Part shown: in pieces, positions 8,060 through 15,745 of the stretch
Numbering within the stretch: position 1 is the stretch's first letter
Layout of the letters: each line of letters starts with the position of its first letter
Source of the DNA: Nitrospirota bacterium
GTDB lineage: Bacteria; JACPQY01
Assembly (NCBI GenBank): GCA_016180645.1
Contig: JACPAV010000006.1
Coordinates: 124,001 to 146,603 of the forward strand
DNA: 22,603 nt
Direction of reading: 5' to 3'
The notes under the pieces: generated by a model
Seen by the model: the letters and a program-made list of their open reading frames with translations, nothing else
Database searches by the model: none
What the model was told of the DNA's origin: nothing
Made by a program: the position numbers and the translations under genes

Positions 8060-11000
8060 TCAAACCGTTACTTTCTTCAGGTATGTTACCGATGGGGCGA
8101 CATTCAACTCTTCCAGGACTCCGTAGCCCCGCGGGTCCTGCGCCCGTTGGGTCACCTGCGCCGCCGGATCCATCAGATTCCCGAAGACGATCGCGTCCGC
8201 CGGACACGTTTGCTGGCAAGCCGTTACCACTTCGCCGTCGCGGACCGGCCGGCGCCCTTCATCTTTCGCCCGATCGCTCGCCACCCGGATGCGCTGGATG
8301 CAGAAGGTGCATTTTTCCATGACGCCGTCCACCCGGATGCGGACATCGGGGTTATGCTGGAGCTCCAGCGGCGATTCCCACATCTTGTAGTGCTCGTACC
8401 AGTTGAAGTAGCGAACTTTGTAAGGACAGTTGTTCGAGCAGTACCGGGTGCCCACGCACCGGTCGTACACCATGACATTCAGTCCCTGCTGATTGTGGTT
8501 CGTCGCGTAGACGGGACACACCGGCTCGCACGGGGCGTTTTCGCAGTGTTGGCACATCATCACCAGGAACAGCGCGCCCGGGCCCTGTCCGGTCAACCGA
8601 TCCTGCTCATCCGGCCAGTATCGCTCCACGCGGATCCAGGAGAAGTTTCTTCGCTTGGCGCAGCTCTCCTCCCCCACCACCGGGATGTTGTTTTCGGAGC
8701 TGCAGGCCACCATGCAGGCGCCGCAGCCCGTGCACTTGTCGAGATCGACGGTCATGCCCCATTTGACGGCTTCGCCGTGAAGCGGCTTTGGCGCAGCGTG
8801 ATGATGGCTGATCGCCTGGAGTTTTTCAGCGGAAATGGTCTGGAGGACCTCCGTGCCCATGAGTTGGGGGCTCCCTTGGGAACGAACGATCCGACCGCGG
8901 CGACCCGTCGGCGAGATTTTCACGGCGGTTGCGGCCAGCGCCAGCGCGCCCGACTCCGCATCCGCCTTCAGTGAAAGGATCTGGATGGGATTGGCTCCGC
9001 GCCCGCGCGCATATCGGCCCAACGCCTGGTGGCCCTGCCCAATCGGGAAGGCCACCGTATCCCGGCGAATTCCCGGATACGCAAGCACCGGTCCCTCGAT
9101 GGCGCCTTCAACCGATTCGACGCGAACGATATCTCCCTCCCGGAGGCCCAGCTTGGCGACCGTATCGGGATGGAGTTCCACCCAAGAGCCCCACACGACC
9201 GTCGTCAGCGGATCGGCGAGCTCCTGGAGCCAAGGCAGGTTGGCGTGGCGGCCATCGTAAAACTTCGTGGAGGCGTACGGATAAAATGCAAATGGAAATT
9301 CGGGGGACGATCCCTCGGTCCTGATTGCGGCAACGCCGATGTCCTTCGCGGCTTGGAGCCATTTGGACTCGGAAGGAGCCGCTTTCTTGTCGCTCGAAGA
9401 CGCCTGCCACCATCCGCCTTGAGCGACGGCCTCCGTCCATGCTGCATCCACATCCCCTTTCTTGTTCATTCCCTTGTAGAGCTTCTTCCATGCGTCTCGG
9501 ATGAAGGCCTCCGAGGAGTCCGCCGGTTTCTTGAAGCCGAGTTCGCCCATCAGTCCGAGAAGAACATCTTCGGGCTGGCGCAGTTCCGGCGACGGCTGGA
9601 TGACAGGCCGGGCCAGGTTCATGACCGTGGAGCCCACCGGTGCGGCCGGAACGGAATCCCACCAGCTCTCGAGATGAGTCGTCATCGGAAGGACCACATG
9701 GCAAAGCTCGGCGGTTTCGGACATGAAGTGGCCGAAAAACACTCTCAGGTCCGCCTTTTCCAACGCTTTCGCGAATCCCAGCCGCTCGGGCAGCGTGAAA
9801 ACAGGGTTGGTGTCGATGAAGAGCACCACGCGGGCTTGCCCGCTCTCGAGGGAATCTTTCAGGCGTGAGAGGGAGGCCAGATCGGTGAGCGTTGGCAGAA
9901 GCTCCGAGGGAAGAGGCGCGTCGCCCTTTCCACTTCGCTCCAAGGACGATGAGTCGAAGGCCCATGGATTCTTGGCATCGAATCGGACGCTCTCGCCCAA
10001 GTTCCCGGTCAGCCAATTGAGAAGTTGCGCCGCCATGGCAAGCGCGGTTGAATTCGTGGATGCATTTGAGCCGGCGATGACGCAGGCCGGTTTCACCCGC
10101 GCCAAGTCGCGGGCGGTGGTCACGATCAGCTCTTGGGAGACGCCGCTCATTTCGGCCACGCGCTCCGGCGAGAATCCGGACAGCACGGCCTTCCACGCCT
10201 CGGAGTCCACGCTTGTCTGATTCAGGCCCTCTCCGACGATGACGTGGGCCATTGCAAGGGCCACGGCCACCTCGGTGCCCGGTTTCGGCGCAATCCACGT
10301 GTCGGCATTGGCGGCGGTGAGCGACATGCGCGGCTCAACGTGGACCAGGCGCCCGCGGGCGTCACGCCCCGTTTTCCCCTGACGGAATTCACCGTAGGCA
10401 TGGGTGTAGTGCACCGGGGAGAGCCACGTGCCCAGGAGATCCGCGCCGAAGGAGAGAACAAAATTGGACTCGGCCAGGTTGTAGACCGGGAGATCCGACC
10501 GATCGAACAGCATCTGATTTGCCTTGCGGAGCGGTTCAGCCGAGAGAAGCTCATGTACAACGAGGTGATCTGCGCCGGCGCCGAACTCCTTCAGGAACGC
10601 CTGAAGCAGCGTCTTTCGCGCACCCGACACGTGGGAAGTAACAATGTAGATCCGCTCGGACTCGCCCCTCTCTTTGAGGGTCTTCAGATGCCCGGCGACG
10701 GTTTTCAAGGCCTCGTCCCACGTGATCTTTTCGAGGTTGCCGGTCCCGTTCTTCTGGAGCGGTGCACGCAGGCGGTCCGGATTGTAGACGAGCTGAAGCC
10801 CGGCCTGACCCCGGGCGCAGACTCTGCCGTGGCTGACCGGATGGAGAGGATTGCCCTCGATTTTCTTGGCGTTCCCTTCAAAAACCCTCACCTGGATGCC
10901 GCAGCCCGCGGAGCACATATGGCAAGTCGTGTTGATCCACCGGCTCTGGTCTGGGAGGTAGTCGGCCGGATAAGCGATGGGCGAGACGAACTTCTTTTCG

Positions 11001-11245
11001 GTTTTGACGCAGGCGGTGACGGCGGCCGCGGTGGCGGCAACTTTCAGGAAATCGCGGCGATCCATCCCGGCTTCGGCGGCGTGAGTCGGCCGCGCCGGAC
11101 TCCTGTCCTCTTGCGGCACTTCCTCCCTCCTGGAGCTCGTGAGGCGTGAGTCGTGAGTAGGATCGCTTGGGTTGGCACACGAAGCCTTCCCACCCCCGCA
11201 CGCGCAGGTGGATTCTGATGGGATTTTCACCTCAGGACTCATCAC
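8060..11245 (-). CDS. actB: ACIII subunit B: Tat-exported molybdopterin-oxidoreductase-like domain fused to an Fe-S domain
   Basis: Tat motif DRRDFLK followed by AAAVTAC (possible lipoprotein Cys). KIEGNPxHP and DGRHANLPWLQELADP motifs. C-terminal cluster motifs CTGCGACMVAC, CQHCENAPCEPVC, CVGTRYCSNNC (3Fe-4S type) and CTFC..CQQTC. The start could be 11245/11242 or the Met just before RR. Confidence 0.92.
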   Translation of the reverse strand: MMSPEVKIPSESTCACGGGKASCANPSDPTHDSRLTSSRREEVPQEDRSPARPTHAAEAGMDRRDFLKVAATAAAVTACVKTEKKFVSPIAYPADYLPDQSRWINTTCHMCSAGCGIQVRVFEGNAKKIEGNPLHPVSHGRVCARGQAGLQLVYNPDRLRAPLQKNGTGNLEKITWDEALKTVAGHLKTLKERGESERIYIVTSHVSGARKTLLQAFLKEFGAGADHLVVHELLSAEPLRKANQMLFDRSDLPVYNLAESNFVLSFGADLLGTWLSPVHYTHAYGEFRQGKTGRDARGRLVHVEPRMSLTAANADTWIAPKPGTEVAVALAMAHVIVGEGLNQTSVDSEAWKAVLSGFSPERVAEMSGVSQELIVTTARDLARVKPACVIAGSNASTNSTALAMAAQLLNWLTGNLGESVRFDAKNPWAFDSSSLERSGKGDAPLPSELLPTLTDLASLSRLKDSLESGQARVVLFIDTNPVFTLPERLGFAKALEKADLRVFFGHFMSETAELCHVVLPMTTHLESWWDSVPAAPVGSTVMNLARPVIQPSPELRQPEDVLLGLMGELGFKKPADSSEAFIRDAWKKLYKGMNKKGDVDAAWTEAVAQGGWWQASSSDKKAAPSESKWLQAAKDIGVAAIRTEGSSPEFPFAFYPYASTKFYDGRHANLPWLQELADPLTTVVWGSWVELHPDTVAKLGLREGDIVRVESVEGAIEGPVLAYPGIRRDTVAFPIGQGHQALGRYARGRGANPIQILSLKADAESGALALAATAVKISPTGRRGRIVRSQGSPQLMGTEVLQTISAEKLQAISHHHAAPKPLHGEAVKWGMTVDLDKCTGCGACMVACSSENNIPVVGEESCAKRRNFSWIRVERYWPDEQDRLTGQGPGALFLVMMCQHCENAPCEPVCPVYATNHNQQGLNVMVYDRCVGTRYCSNNCPYKVRYFNWYEHYKMWESPLELQHNPDVRIRVDGVMEKCTFCIQRIRVASDRAKDEGRRPVRDGEVVTACQQTCPADAIVFGNLMDPAAQVTQRAQDPRGYGVLEELNVAPSVTYLKKVTV

Positions 11246-11248
11246 TTC

Positions 11249-11800
11249 CTACTTGTGGCACGTCCAGCAATCTTGCGAGCCGCCCTTGTCCTCGTGCAGC
11301 TTGTGGCAGTTGAAACACCAGCCCATCTGGAGCGGGGCCTCGCGCGTGAGAACCGCCATTTTCTCGACCGCCCCGTGGCATTCCTGACATTGGAAACCGG
11401 CCTTGACGTGCCGCTTGTGCGAGAATCGGATGAAATAGGGAAGCGTATGGACGCGCGCCCACTCCACCGACTCTCCCTTGTCATAGTACTCACGCAGCTT
11501 CTGAATGCCGGGCTTGTCCAACCCGATCCCAAGATGGCAGCCCATGCAGAATTGGAGCGGCGGCGCCCCGGCCTGTTCTGATCGCTCCGCGAAGATATGA
11601 CAGGCCGTGCAGGGCAGCCCGAGTTGGCCGTTCGCCACATCGGTTCCGGCGTGGCGGTCATGTGGGAAATTGATCGGTTGAACCGGCGCGGGATTTCCAA
11701 ACTTTGGTGTCATGTAAGGTCCATAAACGAGAAGAAAAAAAGCAACCACACACCCTCCGGCGAGGATGCCCAGACCTGCAACGACTTTGAAGAACTTCAC
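11249..11800 (-). CDS. actA: Membrane-anchored pentahaem cytochrome c (ACIII subunit A)
   Basis: One N-terminal TM helix, QPINFPHxxHAG, five CxxCH motifs (CTACH, CMGCH, CQECH, CFNCH, CWTCH) and the MGWC motif. Confidence 0.93.
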   Translation of the reverse strand: MKFFKVVAGLGILAGGCVVAFFLLVYGPYMTPKFGNPAPVQPINFPHDRHAGTDVANGQLGLPCTACHIFAERSEQAGAPPLQFCMGCHLGIGLDKPGIQKLREYYDKGESVEWARVHTLPYFIRFSHKRHVKAGFQCQECHGAVEKMAVLTREAPLQMGWCFNCHKLHEDKGGSQDCWTCHK

Positions 11801-11822
11801 GACGTAACCCGAACTCGCGCGT

Positions 11823-11851
11823 CAAGTAGCATTTCAGACCGTGGGTGTCAA
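11823..11851 (-). promoter_or_regulatory. Putative sigma70 promoter of the act operon
   Basis: The minus strand reads TTGACA-17 nt (ending TGc)-TACTTG, about 22 nt before the actA GTG. The -35 is perfect and the -10 is imperfect. Confidence 0.5.
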
Positions 11852-11873
11852 GAAGATTTTGGCGGCGCTCCGA

Positions 11874-11970
11874 GAGAGCCTGCGACGGGCATTCGGCCCG
11901 CTCAGGATGACGGCGCTGGGGCCGGATGGCCGATCCGCTCGCCGTCCCTGAAGCACAGCGAATGGGACGA
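11874..11970. repeat. Pair of oppositely oriented CGTC-type REP-like palindromes
   Basis: Minus strand: CCGTCAT-CCTG-A-GCGGGC-cgaat-GCCCGT-CG-CAGG-CTCTC. Plus strand: CGTCCC-tgaagcacagcgaat-GGGACG. A further hairpin, ttcggcgggagc-tgc-gctccccgaa, follows at about 11971-11995. Confidence 0.55.
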
Positions 11971-11998
11971 TTCGGCGGGAGCTGCGCTCCCCGAACCG

Positions 11999-12244
11999 TC
12001 ACTTCTTCGCTTGGCCTGCCGCGGGTTGCTGTTTGGCACCAGGTCGCAGAATCGTCTTGAAGATTTTTCGCGGATGGGGTTTGCCGAGCATCGCCCGCAG
12101 TCGCCGTTGAGCCCGCTTCAGTTTCTTCGTCAGGCCCCGGCCCGCTTTGGCGGCATCGGCTTTCTTCCCATCGGCGATTTTCTTCAGACGGTCCTTGTAG
12201 ACGCTGATCCGCTTTTCGATGGTTTCTTTCGTTTGGTTCGCCAT
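11999..12244 (-). CDS. Small Lys/Arg-rich basic hypothetical protein (81 aa)
   Basis: The ATG lies 2 nt after the upstream stop codon, codon usage is coherent with neighbouring genes, and a hairpin follows the gene. No family recognised. Confidence 0.7.
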   Translation of the reverse strand: MANQTKETIEKRISVYKDRLKKIADGKKADAAKAGRGLTKKLKRAQRRLRAMLGKPHPRKIFKTILRPGAKQQPAAGQAKK

Positions 12245-12246
12245 GT

Positions 12247-12846
12247 TTAGTACACGGGTTGTGAATCGTCTTTGATCGACAGTTTTTTCGCGGCGGCGTC
12301 GAACACCTGTTGATCGGCGCCGCGTTCATTGAAAACGTGACATGAATTTCGAAGGACGGGGTTCTGTATTCCGAGCTGACGGCGTTCCTCCAGATCGAGC
12401 TCGATGCCCCGCACGTTTTTCTCTCCATAGATGGACGAAACGGCGGCAAAGAGCGAACGCAGCGTCGTCTCGACCAGCTCATACAAGTGCGTACACCCTT
12501 CGCTTTTCGGAATGGTTTCCTTCACGTGGCGGAGGATCCCCTTCTCGAAGATGAAGAGGCCGACAAGCCCTTGGAGTCTCAACACCGCGGCCTGACAGAG
12601 GGGATAGGGATGGCGGTCCATCTTCGCGGCGATCTTTCGGATGGTCAGGGCCTTCTTTTCCACGAGGATGGCGAGCTGCATGTCGTGGTAGCTATCGTGC
12701 ATCCGCGTGATCGCCACGAGCCCTTCCTTCGGCTTGTAAACGTCGGTGGTATAGGTCCGGCCGAAGGTTTGCTTTTGATACTTCGCCAGGTCCATGAGTT
12801 CGTCCAATGCAGTCATAGGCGATGAGACGGACGCGGGAACAGCCAC
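12247..12846 (-). CDS. DUF2889-family protein
   Basis: HDM.L.I.V....LTI..I.A.M...PY..C......L..LVGL and GCTHLxEL motifs, with a C-terminal SCH. The start may be the ATG at 12816 or 12795 instead of the GTG at 12846. Confidence 0.75.
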   Translation of the reverse strand: MAVPASVSSPMTALDELMDLAKYQKQTFGRTYTTDVYKPKEGLVAITRMHDSYHDMQLAILVEKKALTIRKIAAKMDRHPYPLCQAAVLRLQGLVGLFIFEKGILRHVKETIPKSEGCTHLYELVETTLRSLFAAVSSIYGEKNVRGIELDLEERRQLGIQNPVLRNSCHVFNERGADQQVFDAAAKKLSIKDDSQPVY

Positions 12847-12855
12847 GAAAGGGAG

Positions 12856-14436
12856 TCAGTTGCCGCCGAACAGAGCGCGAAGGATGCCGCCGAGGTGGCG
12901 GAGTTTGTTGCCGGCGCCTCTGCGGAAAATGAGCTGCATGCCTTCCTTGAAAATGTGGAACTTTTTCTGATCGTATGGATACCAATACGGACGCGTCTTG
13001 ATCCAATTCGGGAGGTGATCCAGGTGAAGATGCTTCGGATAAACAAATTCCATCAGGCCGATCCGCGAGTGCGAGGCGCCGATGCCGCTCTCCTTCATCC
13101 CCTGCCAGGGCGTGTCGGTGAGTCCGTACGTATAGGCGTGATCGTTCACGCACACCGTGCCCGCGTCGATCCGTGCGGCGACGGCTTCGGCTTTCTTCCG
13201 GTCCTTTCCCCACACGCTGGCGGTGAGGCCGTAGTTGGAGTCGTTCGCGAGGGAAACCGCTTCATCGTCGCTTTCATAGGTAGCTATGGGAAGAAGCGGG
13301 CCGAAGGTTTCCTCGCTCATGCATTTCATCTGATGATTCACGTTCACGAGCACCGTGGGTTCGTAAAAGAATCCTTTGGGGCCGGGCTTCTTGCCGCCGA
13401 CGAGAACCTGAGCGCCCTTCCCCACCGCATCGCGCACGTGATCTTCCGCGGTTTGAAGCTGGCCCTCGTTGACCATCGGGCCAACGTCGACCGCATCCGA
13501 CGTGTACGGCCCGATACGGAGCTTCTTCGCCTCCTCCACCACTTTCTCGATGAACTTCGGCGCGATGGACTTGTGGACGTACACGCGCTCGACCGACGCG
13601 CAGACCTGCCCGCAGTTCGTGAATGCACCCCACACGGCGCCTTTTGCCGCCAGATCGAGATTGGCATCCGGCATGACCACCATCGGATCCTTCCCGCCGA
13701 GTTCGAGGACCACCGGGATTAGATGGCGGCCGCACGCTTCCATAATTTTCTTTCCCACGGAGGTGCTGCCGGTAAAGACGACTTTGCGCACGGGCGGGCG
13801 ACACAGAACTTTCTGAGCGGTCGCGCCTGAGGTGACCACCATATTGAAAACGCCCTGTGGGAGCTTCGCGCCCAGTTCGAAAATCTCCTTGATCCTGCGC
13901 CCCACGAGGGGCACGTCCGACGCGGGTTTGAAAACCACGGTGTTACCGGCCAGGAGCGAGAAGACGAGACCGGACATGGGCAACGCGAAGGGGAAGTTCC
14001 AAGGCGAGATGACGGCGACCACTCCAAGCGGCTCGTATACGATCCGGCTCTTCTTGATGGGGATGGGCATCATGTGGAGCTTGATGTCCTGCGGCGCCAG
14101 GACCTCTTCGGCCTTTTTCGACCAGTGGGAGATCAGATCGGCCACGGTGAAAACGTCGGCCACGAGGGCCTCGATCCGAGGCTTGCCCATTTCCTTGGAA
14201 ATCGTGTCCACGAGGTCGTCCACATGGTCAAGCATGTAGTCGCATCCCTTGCGGAGGTATTCCCCGCGTTCGCGAACGGTGAGCTTGCCCCACGTCTGAA
14301 AGGCTTTGTGCGCGCTGAAGACGGCGCTCTCGACCTCCTGCTCGCCTGCCAGCGGGATTCGCTCGATTTCCTCCAGCGTGGCGGGGTTGATGGTGGGAAT
14401 CACCGCGGAATTGGAGGCGTCTCTTACGAATGCCAT
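12856..14436 (-). CDS. NAD(P)-dependent aldehyde dehydrogenase
   Basis: ISPWNFP, KPAS, FTGSTSVG, catalytic Glu in LELGGKD, catalytic Cys in NCGQVCAS, EETFGP and ANDSNYGL motifs. Confidence 0.96.
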   Translation of the reverse strand: MAFVRDASNSAVIPTINPATLEEIERIPLAGEQEVESAVFSAHKAFQTWGKLTVRERGEYLRKGCDYMLDHVDDLVDTISKEMGKPRIEALVADVFTVADLISHWSKKAEEVLAPQDIKLHMMPIPIKKSRIVYEPLGVVAVISPWNFPFALPMSGLVFSLLAGNTVVFKPASDVPLVGRRIKEIFELGAKLPQGVFNMVVTSGATAQKVLCRPPVRKVVFTGSTSVGKKIMEACGRHLIPVVLELGGKDPMVVMPDANLDLAAKGAVWGAFTNCGQVCASVERVYVHKSIAPKFIEKVVEEAKKLRIGPYTSDAVDVGPMVNEGQLQTAEDHVRDAVGKGAQVLVGGKKPGPKGFFYEPTVLVNVNHQMKCMSEETFGPLLPIATYESDDEAVSLANDSNYGLTASVWGKDRKKAEAVAARIDAGTVCVNDHAYTYGLTDTPWQGMKESGIGASHSRIGLMEFVYPKHLHLDHLPNWIKTRPYWYPYDQKKFHIFKEGMQLIFRRGAGNKLRHLGGILRALFGGN

Positions 14437-14521
14437 ATCGCGGCTATATAGCCCGAAGACTGGCGTTTGTAAACAGGAGTGAGCAGGAGCGGATCATGAT
14501 CTCGATCGGAACGGGACTGAT

Positions 14522-14869
14522 TTAGTCCTTGAACGCGGCCTTCAGGATGCCGTAGGCGCGCCGCTTTTCGGCGGTTTCCAAGCGACGGAGGAGATCGGTG
14601 AGTCTGGGCTCAATCTGGTACGACTTGGATGGTTTACCCGCCGCTTCCGATGCCGAGAGTTCGTCCAACGTTTTCCCCAACGCGTGAGAGAGTCGATGCG
14701 CCACCGCCAATCGGACGCTACGCTTCCCGTTTTCTATTTCAGATAGGTACTTGTTCGTAATCCCGGCTCGCTCGGCAATTTCCTCCTGGCTGAGATCCAA
14801 CTCCAGCCGCACCCGGCGGAGGTTCCGCCCAAAGCGCCTCACGAAATCGCGATCCCTGCTTTCCACCAT
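14522..14869 (-). CDS. XRE/Cro-CI family helix-turn-helix regulator
   Basis: FGRNLRRVRLELDLSQEEIAERAGITNKYLSEIENGKR is a classic HTH_3 sequence. The ATG at 14869 follows GGAGGTGGAG. Confidence 0.92.
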   Translation of the reverse strand: MVESRDRDFVRRFGRNLRRVRLELDLSQEEIAERAGITNKYLSEIENGKRSVRLAVAHRLSHALGKTLDELSASEAAGKPSKSYQIEPRLTDLLRRLETAEKRRAYGILKAAFKD

Positions 14870-14916
14870 GACAGGATCTCCACCTCCCATCAACAACGTA
14901 ATCCATGATCAGTAGA

Positions 14917-14945
14917 TTGACATATTTACCGTACAATGGAATGAT
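14917..14945 (+). promoter_or_regulatory. Putative sigma70 promoter for the divergent small ORF
   Basis: TTGACA (14917-14922), 17 nt, then AATGAT (14940-14945) preceded by TGg. An ATG follows 7 nt downstream at 14953. Confidence 0.5.
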
Positions 14946-14952
14946 CTCGCGC

Positions 14953-15195
14953 ATGGAAGGGGGAGACCCCGATCGCAACCCGGTGCCTACCAGGAGGAGC
15001 ACTTCGACCAGACCCAACTCGTCGACCCGCGAAGCCGGCCGGGAGATCGCCGAATTGATCGGGATCGCTTTGGAAGGAATCAGTCAGCTTCTGGATTCAC
15101 ATGGCTGGAACAGCACGGAGGCGATGGCGCTCCGGACGTTGACAAAAATTCTGGAGAACGCGAAGAGACGGGCGGAGGAGTTGGGAACGAGCTAG
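14953..15195 (+). CDS. Small helical hypothetical protein divergent from the XRE gene
   Basis: Open frame (track 14905-15195) with amphipathic helices in the C-terminal half. It fills the gap between two real genes and has a promoter upstream. The start is uncertain. Confidence 0.55.
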   Translation: MEGGDPDRNPVPTRRSTSTRPNSSTREAGREIAELIGIALEGISQLLDSHGWNSTEAMALRTLTKILENAKRRAEELGTS

Positions 15196-15680
15196 TGCTT
15201 TCGGCCGCGGCGTGAGCGGGCGCCGTTGCCGCCAAGATGACCGTTCGTCAGGACTCGCCTCAAGAATACATTGTTGGTCTTCAGCAGCTCGGTCTGCCTC
15301 TCCTGATTTCTGAGAATCGTCACTCCCACTTTGCCAATAGCCTCAAGAATCCGGGCAATTTCCTTCCGATCTTCCGCCGCTTGCCTGCGATCGCTCTCCC
15401 AATTCTCTTCCCATCGCTCGCGATCCTCCTCCCAGCGCTGCCGCCACTCCTTGCGATCCTCGGCAGCCTGTCTGCGATCCTCGGCAGCCTGTCTGCGATC
15501 CTCGGCAGCCTGTCTGCGATCCTCGGCAGCCTGTCTACGATCCTCGGCAGCCTGAAGCCGGTCCTTTTCGGCCTGAACTCGGAACACGCGGCCCTCTTCA
15601 GCGAAGCTTTGGGTGGTCTTCTCGATTCGGCTGAGGATGGCCCTAATGGAATCCTGATGACCCCGTTCCTCAATGTTCAT
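15192..15680 (-). CDS. Coiled-coil hypothetical protein with EDRRQAA heptad repeats and a basic tail
   Basis: Heptad repeats are seen directly. The ATG at 15680 is preceded by TTGACA-18-TACCGT-6 nt; the track's TTG start at 15716 coincides with the -35 box. Confidence 0.75.
   Translation of the reverse strand: MNIEERGHQDSIRAILSRIEKTTQSFAEEGRVFRVQAEKDRLQAAEDRRQAAEDRRQAAEDRRQAAEDRRQAAEDRKEWRQRWEEDRERWEENWESDRRQAAEDRKEIARILEAIGKVGVTILRNQERQTELLKTNNVFLRRVLTNGHLGGNGARSRRGRKH
15453..15557. repeat. 21-bp tandem repeat, 4 perfect copies plus 1 degenerate copy
   Basis: GCGATCCTCGGCAGCCTGTCT at 15453, 15474, 15495 and 15516, then ACGATCCTCGGCAGCCTGAAG. Confidence 0.97.
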
Positions 15681-15745
15681 GGCTTCACGGTACCACCGCC
15701 ACGCTGGAGCTGTCAAGAAACGAGGCTGACGCCTCCAGATGATCC

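Noticed and set aside
8060-11245. Calling this gene a catalytic molybdoenzyme (polysulfide, nitrate or formate reductase type)
   Set aside because: The fused Fe-S domain with CVGTRYC, the DGRxANxxWLQE motif and the actA/C/D/F context identify it as ActB. No clear Mo-ligand residue was seen.
15453-15557. Possible CRISPR array
   Set aside because: The repeats are head-to-tail with no spacers, are in frame within a CDS, and no cas genes are present.
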